A stretch of DNA of 45,623 bases, taken from positions 1 through 45,623 of the forward strand of contig DXJF01000137.1 in assembly GCA_019057375.1 (NCBI GenBank), given 5' to 3'. Every line of letters begins with the position of its first letter. Positions within the stretch are counted from its first letter, which is position 1. A model generated the notes under the pieces. It was given only the letters and a program-made list of their open reading frames with translations, was not told the origin of the DNA and ran no database searches. Positions 8,636 through 17,621 of the stretch are shown here, one piece after another. This DNA is from Candidatus Heimdallarchaeota archaeon (lineage in GTDB: Archaea; Asgardarchaeota; Heimdallarchaeia; Heimdallarchaeales; Heimdallarchaeaceae). A program made the translations under genes and the position numbers.

Positions 8636-9208
8636 ATGGGTATTAAGAAATCTAAATTAAAGAAGTTAACTAATTGTTTTGTTCTCCTAATTACACTCTT
8701 GATTTCCTTAAACATAAATCATAAGTTAATTGGAGTAAATGCAGATGTGTGTGATGATATTACTGTTTCTGCACCAGAATGGATCTGTTATAACGAAGGA
8801 ACTACAGGAAACGAAATTCAATGGGATATTACTGTTCCTGATAATTGCAGTTTGTATTTGAACTGTTCATCATATGTCATAACTAGAGATGGCGTTCTAA
8901 TCGATTCTTCGATAGGAATCATAAGCTCATTAACAGTGATTACGAATATTGATGGATTGAGTCCTAAGCTACCGGATTTTGACGACTACCTTTACACCTG
9001 TACTGTCACTTATCATACTTTGACTAGTTCGGTTGGAATAGCAGATCATACTGTCCGAGTAAAAGTCTGTCCTTCAAATGAAACATGTATTACCACTGGA
9101 AACACATGTGATTGTCCAGGATTTACTTGGTTATCAGGTATAGCAATGTTTGCATTTATCGGAGTAGCAGTTACTATGAAGAAAAGAACAACATGTAAAA
9201 ATTTATGA
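8636..9208 (+). CDS. Cys-rich surface protein with PGF-type C-terminal sorting signal
   Basis: GGAGGTGA at 8620..8627 supports the ATG at 8636. N-terminal signal segment. C-terminus CPGF + hydrophobic helix + KKR. Confidence 0.8.
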   Translation: MGIKKSKLKKLTNCFVLLITLLISLNINHKLIGVNADVCDDITVSAPEWICYNEGTTGNEIQWDITVPDNCSLYLNCSSYVITRDGVLIDSSIGIISSLTVITNIDGLSPKLPDFDDYLYTCTVTYHTLTSSVGIADHTVRVKVCPSNETCITTGNTCDCPGFTWLSGIAMFAFIGVAVTMKKRTTCKNL

Positions 9209-9400
9209 AAGAGATATGGATTCTATAAGAAATCTGTTTTCTAGTGAGACGGATTCCATATACCCTTTTATTCTATTGTTAATAAATCTTCTAAGTTAAG
9301 TATGTTCATTATTATTTAAAACAAAAGCTAATAATATTAACAAAGCTGCACTATAGCTTTTTACTAGATGTCCTTTAAAAATCTCTTTTTTGTTTTATTA

Positions 9401-9499
9401 CTATTTAACAAAAAATGGCAAATCTATTGCTAAAGCTTCCTCAGGACAATCGTCTTCACAAACTCCACAGTACCAAAATTTATCATATTTTTTGTATAA
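9401..9499 (-). pseudogene. Orphan 3' half of a ferredoxin gene (paralog of 11066..11260)
   Basis: My translation is LYKKYDKFWYCGVCEDDCPEEALAIDLPFFVK*, versus PYKKYDECWYCGVCEEDCPENALIIDLPFQVK* in the intact gene. No start codon and the first Cys is replaced by Phe. Not in the ORF track. Confidence 0.9.
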
Positions 9500-9504
9500 A
9501 ATTC

Positions 9505-10059
9505 TTAAGTTTCTGCTTCAATCTTAGTTCTACTATCTTCATATATAGGTAGTAAACTTCCTCCTATTAATTCATATAATCTTATTATGACTGAACTCCC
9601 ATCATCTGTTATTTTATAGAGAACTTTGCTTGGTTTTTCTGCTAGATAATAAGTAGTTACTAGTAGATTATCTGATAATCTTTGTAAGTGCCTATATGCA
9701 GAAGCTAATGGGATTTTGAGTGATTTCTGTATTGCTCGAACTGAAGCTATAGCTGGTTGTTGTTGAATCAAGAACATCAAACAGAGTAATCCATCAATTC
9801 CTATAATTCTAGTTGTTTTAATCAATTCCTCATTTTCTTCAAAGAAATTACCATTGACTTGTTTCTCTGAAAGAATAACTGTGGAAATTTCTTCACTCTT
9901 AAGCTCAATTGCCGTATCTAATAGAATCTTGCTTTCCGATAGAACCTGAGTCAGTTGATTACGTAATTCTTTCCAATCAGTAATTTTTTTCTCAGGTTGA
10001 TCTTTTGCTCGTTTCTTTAATAAGATAATAGTAAATCTTAGACTTAATGCAGTTGCCAA
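9505..10059 (-). CDS. Membrane-anchored winged-helix regulator with a disrupted 5' end
   Basis: C-terminal wHTH ASVRAIQKSLKIPLASAYRHLQRL. The frame extends upstream to a TGA at 10090..10092 as a TM helix (VSTVFICLILATALSLRFTIILLKKR) with no ATG. Confidence 0.7.
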   Translation of the reverse strand: MATALSLRFTIILLKKRAKDQPEKKITDWKELRNQLTQVLSESKILLDTAIELKSEEISTVILSEKQVNGNFFEENEELIKTTRIIGIDGLLCLMFLIQQQPAIASVRAIQKSLKIPLASAYRHLQRLSDNLLVTTYYLAEKPSKVLYKITDDGSSVIIRLYELIGGSLLPIYEDSRTKIEAET

Positions 10060-10131
10060 GATAAGGCATATAAATACTGTAGATACTTCTCATCTGAATG
10101 GTTTTAATTTTAGATGAAAACTGCTTGAAAT

Positions 10132-11016
10132 TCATATTTCTTCTCCTCCTCTGAAATATCTCAATTCAAAGTCTAAATTATAATTCCAGTAGCTGGTACT
10201 TGGTATTCCCAAATAGTGTGTAATGTTGGAATCAAAGTGTGCGTATCCGATTAGAGTTTCCGTACCTTCAAAATATGCATGTACTTCTTGCAGATTATTA
10301 GATCTAGTACTTAATTTGTAAGTTATAGAGGAAAAGTACTCCTGATTGTAATAGATAGTGGTAAATGTATCTCTATCATTTCTAGCAAAATCGAATATGG
10401 TGGGGAAAGAATTTTTGCTATACCAGTTCAGTGCTTCTCTTGACCTCTTGGTTGAGAACAGAAAGATACTCCTCCAATGAATATAACTTGTTGTCGTATT
10501 ACCATCATCTGTAGTAAACGTTAAACCAACCGCTAGTGAAGGATTAAAAAATGGAGTAGGACCAATTCCATAGAGTCGACTCAACTGAAACCTACTACTT
10601 GTATTCAAAAATGTTATATCTGCCCATGTTCCTGATTCATAAATTTCATTGATTTGAAAATCAAATTGCAACTGGGATGTTGTATTTCCTTCAAATAACT
10701 TGATATTAATTACGAATGTTAATATCTCTTCAAATTCATAGGTTTTTCCTTCTTCTATTTCATCACAATCTAGAATAGGATTCAAATAAATACCTGCGGT
10801 AACATTATAATTTTCAAAAGAAGAAAGATTATAATCAAATGAATAATTTTTTATTGTTAATTGAATAACATCTCCTTCTTTCAAACCTATTTTTGGCGGT
10901 CTGGAGTTAATACTTAATGGAGTAGAGTAGAAAATAATAGGTGTTAATATTATTCCAACTAATAGTATAAGTTCAAAGTATCTCAGAGCTTTTCTAATTT
11001 TCATTTCAATAAACAT
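10132..11016 (-). CDS. Secreted or N-anchored hypothetical protein
   Basis: N-terminal hydrophobic segment after MKIRKALR, followed by an S/T/N/aromatic-rich domain typical of extracellular beta proteins. Confidence 0.75.
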   Translation of the reverse strand: MFIEMKIRKALRYFELILLVGIILTPIIFYSTPLSINSRPPKIGLKEGDVIQLTIKNYSFDYNLSSFENYNVTAGIYLNPILDCDEIEEGKTYEFEEILTFVINIKLFEGNTTSQLQFDFQINEIYESGTWADITFLNTSSRFQLSRLYGIGPTPFFNPSLAVGLTFTTDDGNTTTSYIHWRSIFLFSTKRSREALNWYSKNSFPTIFDFARNDRDTFTTIYYNQEYFSSITYKLSTRSNNLQEVHAYFEGTETLIGYAHFDSNITHYLGIPSTSYWNYNLDFELRYFRGGEEI

Positions 11017-11065
11017 AATCTCTGATACATTTTTAAATCATTTTCAGATTCTCAAATTGATAAAT

Positions 11066-11260
11066 TCACTTTACTTGAAATGGTAAATCAATAATTAGTG
11101 CATTCTCAGGGCAATCTTCCTCACATACGCCACAATACCAGCATTCGTCATATTTCTTGTACGGAAATCCATCATCATTCAATCTTATGATATCCATTGT
11201 ACAACGATCTACACACACTCCACAACTAGTACATAGATCTTCATCAACAATAAGGGGCAT
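11066..11260 (-). CDS. 2x[4Fe-4S] ferredoxin (AprB-like small subunit)
   Basis: CTSCGVCVDRC and CWYCGVCEEDCP. Start overlaps the flavoprotein stop (TAATG). Confidence 0.95.
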   Translation of the reverse strand: MPLIVDEDLCTSCGVCVDRCTMDIIRLNDDGFPYKKYDECWYCGVCEEDCPENALIIDLPFQVK

Positions 11261-12906
11261 TAATGTTCTCCTCCATTTTCAATATCAACTAGAAGCGTTT
11301 GTACTTCTCCTGATTTCAATCCTTTTTCAAGAACAACATGCTTTAACCAATTCGCATCATCTTTTTCAGGATAATCAGTTCTATGATGGAACCATCCCCA
11401 ACGACTTTCTTCACGTGCAAGTGATGCGTGTACAGAAAGTTCTGCACTATCTAGAATAAACTGTATTTCTTCGTATCTACTTAGTTCATGATGATCTGTA
11501 ACCTGAATATCTTTCATATCATCTCTAAACCTTGGAAGCCACCACAAGAATCGCTTCAGTTTTATTTCGTTCTTAGGAGGTATTGCATAATCACTTATTG
11601 TTCTTCTAACTTTGTATTCAAAATCTTGAACAGATATTGAACCGCTTTTGTTATTATCCATAACATTGAGAAGACGCTGCTCTTCATTTTTGATTAGATT
11701 TTGGTCAACTTCACCAAGATCATTATTACTAGCAAATTTTACTGCTTCTTCTGCTGCCACTTCACCAAAAACAAATGCTCCAGTAAGATGTTGTAATGGT
11801 ACGCAAGCAACATCACCTGCTGCATAGAGTCCCTTAAGTGTAGTTTCAGTTTTCTCATTGACTACGATGCCAGTTAAACCATGACCACCACAGAGTTGAT
11901 ACTCTGTTTCTCCCAACTCAATCAGACCTTCTCTGAAATCAATTCCACGATTTTCCCAGAATTTCTTCTGTATAGGTCGTTCAACTGTGAATAGTATACG
12001 CTCGATTTCTTGAATTCGTTCCTCAGGAAGATGATTCATCTTAATAAAAATTGGTCCTCTTCCTTCTCGTAGCTCTTTTAACATATTTTGAGTAGAAACA
12101 TATTCTAGGTCAATAGTTTCTCCAAGTGCATTAACAACCTCAGCACCACGTGTCAAAGTGATGTAAAGTAAAGGGCAATTGATATCTTTTATGAGAGGGG
12201 AACAATTAGTATATTCAAATCCAGTTAATTGAGCTCCAGCTTGATAAGCCAAGGAATATCCATCACCAGCATTTCCTGGATAATCAAATGTTCCATAAAG
12301 ATAGCCTGAATTTGGAAGAGAAAATCTTGCACAACCTCCATTTGCAAGAATAGTTGCTTTTGCTTTACAAACCACAAACTCTCCTGTTCTGAGATTAAAA
12401 CCCATAGCTCCATTTACTTGTCCTCTATCCACCAGAAGTTTTGTAACAATTGTTCGATTTATTACTCTCACTCCAGCTTCTTTGACTTTTTCAGCTAAGA
12501 CTAATTTCAATTCTGGAGAATCCATCTCTATTAGAAAACTGCCTTTAGCATGAACTTGTAAAGAGATATATTTGTTCTCATCATCTCTTGGAAAACGAAT
12601 ACCCCAGCCCTCTAGTCGTTTTAGCATAGAATAGCTCCTCTCAGCCATTACAAAACTAGGTTTGTAATCTAGAATTCCTTCAGTAGCTATACGGGCTGAA
12701 TTCATATAGAGTTCAGGTGTAGTAATCCCTGGTTGCACAACAATGTTAAGGGCATCCATACCCATTGCAATAGATCCACTTCGATTGATTTCTCCCTTTT
12801 CGATAATAACAACATCGCTATCTGGATTCTGTTCTTTAGCAACTATTGCTGCCATTGTACCTGCACTACCACCACCAATAACAAGAATATCTGTTTCCAA
12901 ATTCAT
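11260..12906 (-). CDS. FAD-dependent oxidoreductase of the SdhA/FrdA/AprA superfamily (AprA-like subgroup)
   Basis: LVIGGGSAG FAD motif, RSGSIAMGMDALN, GLYAAGD and ESRWGWFHHRTDYPE. ATG at 12906 with GGTGA upstream is preferred over 13035. Confidence 0.9.
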   Translation of the reverse strand: MNLETDILVIGGGSAGTMAAIVAKEQNPDSDVVIIEKGEINRSGSIAMGMDALNIVVQPGITTPELYMNSARIATEGILDYKPSFVMAERSYSMLKRLEGWGIRFPRDDENKYISLQVHAKGSFLIEMDSPELKLVLAEKVKEAGVRVINRTIVTKLLVDRGQVNGAMGFNLRTGEFVVCKAKATILANGGCARFSLPNSGYLYGTFDYPGNAGDGYSLAYQAGAQLTGFEYTNCSPLIKDINCPLLYITLTRGAEVVNALGETIDLEYVSTQNMLKELREGRGPIFIKMNHLPEERIQEIERILFTVERPIQKKFWENRGIDFREGLIELGETEYQLCGGHGLTGIVVNEKTETTLKGLYAAGDVACVPLQHLTGAFVFGEVAAEEAVKFASNNDLGEVDQNLIKNEEQRLLNVMDNNKSGSISVQDFEYKVRRTISDYAIPPKNEIKLKRFLWWLPRFRDDMKDIQVTDHHELSRYEEIQFILDSAELSVHASLAREESRWGWFHHRTDYPEKDDANWLKHVVLEKGLKSGEVQTLLVDIENGGEH

Positions 12907-13080
12907 TAATTCACCCACTTTAGTTTTAGTCTCTATAAAGGACATAATTTGAAGATTGATATTAAGATACAAATTTTTAGTTATAAATTTTGTTAGTTTT
13001 ATTTTAATAATTATAACAATCATTAGATTGTCCAAAATAGAATTGAAAAAGAAATAAACTGTGATTAAGAGTGTTTGGTT

Positions 13081-14151
13081 TCACAGTCTTTTCCTTTTTC
13101 TACGAATAAAAATTACAATACTTGTGCAAATTGTAATAAGTATCAAAGAAGCACCAATTGAAGTAAATGCAATTGTTACATTGTATAGTCTCTTATATTT
13201 CAGATACAAATCCACACCGTTTTCTACTGTTTCTTGAGAAAAGAGTTCTGACAGTTTTATCGCCTGTTCTCCCTTTGTTAGCTCTTCGGTTATATTGAAA
13301 CTTGCCATTTCCTTAAATTGTGAAGCAAAATAAATGTACATCATATTGTTTTTTGGATCACAAATATTGGAGTATGCCGTATATCCTCCTATTTTTTCAA
13401 TATGAACTGCATCTAGAACCCTTTCAAAGTAGTTAATTGTTATATTGTTTTCTGATTCTATTGGACTGAGTAAGCTGACAGCTTCTTCATATCTTGGGCA
13501 TGGATATTTTCCATAATAACTACTAGGATTCACTCTATTGAAGTTGGTTTGAGCAAGATATCCATTTTCATTTATTAGTTGAGTTACCTCAATCTCTCCA
13601 GATAATCCTGGGCTTAGAATAACTGAGTCTCCATTCGCATCAGTAAGAAATAATTGAAACCATAAGCTTTCGAATTCGAATTTATTAACTAGTTCTATAG
13701 CTTCGCTAACATTCGAACATTCTCTAAGTATCTTTCCCGATAACCAATCCTCTCCCATTTTATATGGTCTTTCGGGATGCGGGTTCATGAGCATATCAGG
13801 AACAGCAGTAGAATCATAGCACAAACCTACTTCATTCATTCCTCCTTGAACACTAACATGTGTATCTTGCCAATACCAGCCTAAAAAGACACATCCATAC
13901 CCTGCAGAAGAATTAGGATAAACAAAGACATAGCTACCTTCCGGACCCTCAAACAGAGGATGATCCCCTGAAGCATCTTCACTATTCCCAAACAAGACTA
14001 CCTCTCCAAATCTTGCTGAGAAATTTGTGCAGCTTGTTCCTTGAAATTCAGGTGCATTATCAGCCTGTATGTGATTCATTGGAATTGTTATAAAAGATAT
14101 AATTAGAAGTAATAATATTGCAGTTTCTCTTTTGATTTTTTTCTTTTTCAT
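13081..14151 (-). CDS. Membrane-anchored extracellular Ntn-hydrolase (peptidase C45/choloylglycine hydrolase-like)
   Basis: Signal peptide, S-CTNF...FGNSED N-terminal nucleophile Cys, GGMNEVGL and QTNF. C-terminal TM + basic tail. Start at 14151 fits the promoter at 14201. Confidence 0.85.
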   Translation of the reverse strand: MKKKKIKRETAILLLLIISFITIPMNHIQADNAPEFQGTSCTNFSARFGEVVLFGNSEDASGDHPLFEGPEGSYVFVYPNSSAGYGCVFLGWYWQDTHVSVQGGMNEVGLCYDSTAVPDMLMNPHPERPYKMGEDWLSGKILRECSNVSEAIELVNKFEFESLWFQLFLTDANGDSVILSPGLSGEIEVTQLINENGYLAQTNFNRVNPSSYYGKYPCPRYEEAVSLLSPIESENNITINYFERVLDAVHIEKIGGYTAYSNICDPKNNMMYIYFASQFKEMASFNITEELTKGEQAIKLSELFSQETVENGVDLYLKYKRLYNVTIAFTSIGASLILITICTSIVIFIRRKRKRL

Positions 14152-14200
14152 GTTATCACGCTTAATATTCTCATGTAGTGAGAACATAAACAGGTTTTTT

Positions 14201-14215
14201 TATATAAATGTTTCG
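14201..14215 (-). promoter_or_regulatory. BRE+TATA promoter for 13081..14151
   Basis: Minus strand cgaaacaTTTATATA, a canonical archaeal arrangement. Confidence 0.65.
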
Positions 14216-14283
14216 ATTTAAAATATGTTATTAATTGTAATTTTGTCAAAAGGTTTAAATGTTTTTATTTCTAATCAATCCTG

Positions 14284-14967
14284 ATGAAGCGAAATTCAAA
14301 CAATAGTCATGAATTTATCACTTTTAAGCAACCAATAGTAAAAATACTTAGAGAAAAAGAAGAACTTGAGCTCTACTATAATTCTAAGTGTGAACCAATA
14401 ATACGCGTATTAAGAGACAGTCCTTTAACTGTTTCTGAAATTACTGAAAGATATAATGTAATCTCTGAAAAGAAGAGAAAAGAAGGAACGATTTATCTAT
14501 TTCTCAAAAAACTGGAGAAAGGTGGGCTCATTGTTCAATCAGGTCAGCATGTATCTCTTAGAAAGAAAGAAGGAAAGACAGTCTACTCTAGAACTCTCTA
14601 TTCCAGATCTGCTAAGCTTATTTTTCCTTCAGTATTACAATCAGAATACTGGAAAACCAAAAAGCGATTAAGAATTCTTGAAAATGTTAGTGATTTGTTT
14701 ACTCTCTATACTAAAGGCCAACAAATTTCCGTCGAGTGTCTCGGTGAACTTGTATATGAAATTTATACAAACGCTGATATAAAGGTTGCAGAATTCTTTG
14801 AGGAATTCTCTGAGGATGTTTTTGAAATAATTGGCGATAAACCCTTCCAAGAACTCAATAGTATAATGACTATTCTTAGACTGTTAATGATCATTTTAGA
14901 CCCATCTGTTTATGAAAAACAATTGAAAAAATGTCAAGAAAACGATTCAAAAAATAAAAAGGATTAA
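14284..14967 (+). CDS. Winged-helix (ArsR-like) transcriptional regulator
   Basis: EPIIRVLRDSPLTVSEI...GTIYLFLKKLEKGGLI...LYSRSAKL. Paralog of 28637..29323. Confidence 0.8.
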   Translation: MKRNSNNSHEFITFKQPIVKILREKEELELYYNSKCEPIIRVLRDSPLTVSEITERYNVISEKKRKEGTIYLFLKKLEKGGLIVQSGQHVSLRKKEGKTVYSRTLYSRSAKLIFPSVLQSEYWKTKKRLRILENVSDLFTLYTKGQQISVECLGELVYEIYTNADIKVAEFFEEFSEDVFEIIGDKPFQELNSIMTILRLLMIILDPSVYEKQLKKCQENDSKNKKD

Positions 14968-16082
14968 TGATTAAAATGAAACGAAATAGAAACCTTAAAA
15001 CAACTGTATTTTCCATTCTTTCTATTCTTCTTATTACTTGTACTTTTATCTCATTTTTATCTTACTCAGTTGCAATAAACTACGATGTATCAGATGTTAA
15101 TAATCAAATTACATCCTCTTGTACTATTTTTACTGCAGCAATTGGTGAAACAGTTTTATTTGGTAATAATGAGGACTACAAGTTGAATAATGCCTATAGA
15201 TGGTATGTTCCTGCACAGAATGTCTCTACAACTTATTTTGGTGATAAAGAAATTTATGGAGCAGTATTCTTCGGATTTGATAACAATGATTACCCAGATG
15301 TTGATACTTGGGAGATGGGAGGAATGAATGAGTTTGGCTTATGCTTTGATGCTAATGGTCTCCCAGATGTAGAATTGAATCTTAATCCTCTTTCATTGTA
15401 CCCTTATACTTCACATGCTTTTGCTCAAGTATTATGGGATTGCAGAGATGTTGAAGAAGTAATTGCTTGGTTTCAAAATCATAAATGGAAAGGTTATTTG
15501 GGTGCACAATTCCATTATGCAGATAGCACTGGAGATGCTGTAGTTGTAGGTCTTAATTCAACAGGACAATGGATTTTTACTAAAATTGATTCCACTTATC
15601 TTGTTTCGACTAATTTCAATGTAGCTGATACTTCACATGGTTCTTATCCTTGTTCTAGATATGATACAGCTACCCAAATGCTTGGAGAAATATCTGCTGA
15701 AGAAAATCTGAATGTTTCTGCATGTGCTGAAATACTTTATTCAGTTCATCAAGAGGGGACTCATGCTACTAAATATAGTAACATCTGTGATCCAGTTAAT
15801 CTTGAGTTTTATTTTAACTCAGGTGAAGAATTCTCTACAAGTACTAAATTTAATCTGACTGAAGAGCTTTCTGAAACTGAATCGTTTGAACAAAAGAGCA
15901 GTTTCATGAATGTTACTGGTATTCATGGGGGAGATGTTTTAGTAAAAACTGAACAGATAGATATTCAATTCCCAACTAATACTAATACAAGTGAAACTAC
16001 TGGAATAACTCTATTTATTAGTATGTTAGGTATGTCATTGAGTGTTTTAGTATATGATATACTTAGAAGAAGGAAGAAATGA
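14967..16082 (+). CDS. Second membrane-anchored extracellular Ntn-hydrolase (C45-like)
   Basis: S-CTIF...FGNNED, GGMNEFGL, STNFN and YPCSRY. Signal peptide and C-terminal TM. TAATG overlap with the regulator. Confidence 0.85.
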   Translation: MIKMKRNRNLKTTVFSILSILLITCTFISFLSYSVAINYDVSDVNNQITSSCTIFTAAIGETVLFGNNEDYKLNNAYRWYVPAQNVSTTYFGDKEIYGAVFFGFDNNDYPDVDTWEMGGMNEFGLCFDANGLPDVELNLNPLSLYPYTSHAFAQVLWDCRDVEEVIAWFQNHKWKGYLGAQFHYADSTGDAVVVGLNSTGQWIFTKIDSTYLVSTNFNVADTSHGSYPCSRYDTATQMLGEISAEENLNVSACAEILYSVHQEGTHATKYSNICDPVNLEFYFNSGEEFSTSTKFNLTEELSETESFEQKSSFMNVTGIHGGDVLVKTEQIDIQFPTNTNTSETTGITLFISMLGMSLSVLVYDILRRRKK

Positions 16083-16189
16083 TAAGGGAACAAATTATTC
16101 CTCCTTGAAAGTGGGAGTATCTTTCTCCTTATGCCTGTTAAACATTATTAGCAGACAGATTTATTAGATACTTCCTCATAATCATAGAA

Positions 16190-17554
16190 TTGCAATTCAA
16201 ATGGAAAAGAATAACAAAAAGAACTTTACTCATGCTTTTGGCATGTTTATTTATAATATCTTTAACTCAATCCTCAACAATACTGATTGCTCAGACTGAT
16301 ACTTCTCAAAATGTTTCAAATACTATTAGTTACGTTGACAGAGGTCCTATTATCATTAATAATGATGCAGATCTTCTTGCAATTCAAACTGGAGGTGATG
16401 GATCTGAAGGTAATCCTTATCTTATCAGCAATTTTAACATCACATCTTTAAATAATGATGGAATTTACGTAACTGGTACAACAGAATACTTCAGAATAGA
16501 GAATAACTTGATTGAAGTTTCTGATACTGGAATAGAGATTGATGCTGTACCCGCAGGAACTGTTGTCGTTACACAAAATATCGTAGTCTCTTCAGATATT
16601 GGTATTCAGATTCTATCCACTCCTAATATACTAATCTCTCTTAACAATTGTACAGCCAATTCTAATCAAGGAATATATCTAGATGATTCTCCTAATTGTG
16701 AAGTGCTTGACAATACTTGTAAGAACAATTGGTGGGGAATAGGTATCTATAATTCGAACAATTGTACTGTAAGCTATAACACAGCTTCAAGCAATAACTA
16801 TGGAATGGAATTCGATACATCTGAATCTGCCTGGATTGAGGAAAATACTGTTACTTCAAATATCAATGAAGGTATTTACCTCAATAATCCATGTCATTAT
16901 ACAACCTTTTTGAACAATTATTGTTCAAACAACTTCATTGGAATATCTGTTGATGATTCTAACGAAGTAGTGGTAATTCGAAATGATTGTACTTTAAATG
17001 GTGGAGAAGGATTATACGTTATTCGATCAGATTATGCATTAGTTACTCACAATAACTTATCTTTTTGTGATACAGGATTATTTCTAGCGTTTGCTAATAA
17101 TGGAACATTCTCAAACAATATTATCACCAACAATAATCTAGGAATATACGCACAAGCTACTGAGTCAAATGAATTTCACAATAATCTTTTTCAAGATAAC
17201 ATTGGGTATGGACTACAATTAGATTTGCACTGTTTCTACATCAGTGTTCATCATAATGCTTTCATAGACAATGGCGGTTCTTCCTCTCAAGCCTATGATG
17301 ATGGATGGAGGAATAATTTCTATAACACAGATTTACTAGAAGGCAACTACTGGAGTGACTTCGTTTCAGGTACTTACTCAATAGATGGTATGGGCGGAAA
17401 CGACGATCTATATCCATTAGGATCTATTCCTGAGATTTCAGAATTTCTTAAAACTAGTTCTATTACTATACTCATACTGCTGTTTTCATCTATCGCAGTT
17501 ATTAGCATTTTCCGTAAGAAGCAAACCTTACTTCTTTTTCTTTTTCTGATATAA
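16190..17554 (+). CDS. Surface protein with right-handed parallel beta-helix (NosD/CASH) repeats
   Basis: Repeated N...GI.L..S.N..I..N units, GDGSEGNPYLI and GNYWSD motifs, signal peptide, C-terminal TM + RKK. Confidence 0.88.
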   Translation: MQFKWKRITKRTLLMLLACLFIISLTQSSTILIAQTDTSQNVSNTISYVDRGPIIINNDADLLAIQTGGDGSEGNPYLISNFNITSLNNDGIYVTGTTEYFRIENNLIEVSDTGIEIDAVPAGTVVVTQNIVVSSDIGIQILSTPNILISLNNCTANSNQGIYLDDSPNCEVLDNTCKNNWWGIGIYNSNNCTVSYNTASSNNYGMEFDTSESAWIEENTVTSNINEGIYLNNPCHYTTFLNNYCSNNFIGISVDDSNEVVVIRNDCTLNGGEGLYVIRSDYALVTHNNLSFCDTGLFLAFANNGTFSNNIITNNNLGIYAQATESNEFHNNLFQDNIGYGLQLDLHCFYISVHHNAFIDNGGSSSQAYDDGWRNNFYNTDLLEGNYWSDFVSGTYSIDGMGGNDDLYPLGSIPEISEFLKTSSITILILLFSSIAVISIFRKKQTLLLFLFLI

Positions 17555-17621
17555 AATTGATTTCGTTTTTTTTGCTACTTACACTTAAATAATTGGATAT
17601 TCAGAGAAAAGTATCATTCAT

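Noticed and set aside
9214-9261. Imperfect inverted repeat (atatgga…tccatat) after the PGF protein
   Set aside because: The stem is short and interrupted in AT-rich DNA. It could be a terminator but is not distinguishable from chance.
10090-10134. Selenocysteine or genetic-code read-through of the two in-frame TGAs
   Set aside because: TGA ends many normal genes in this window, the positions are not redox motifs and I see no SECIS-like structure. A frameshift or decay is simpler.
11066-12906. Calling the pair aprAB and inferring dissimilatory sulfur metabolism
   Set aside because: The motifs fit an AprA-like subgroup of unknown substrate and no sat/qmo/dsr genes are in the window.
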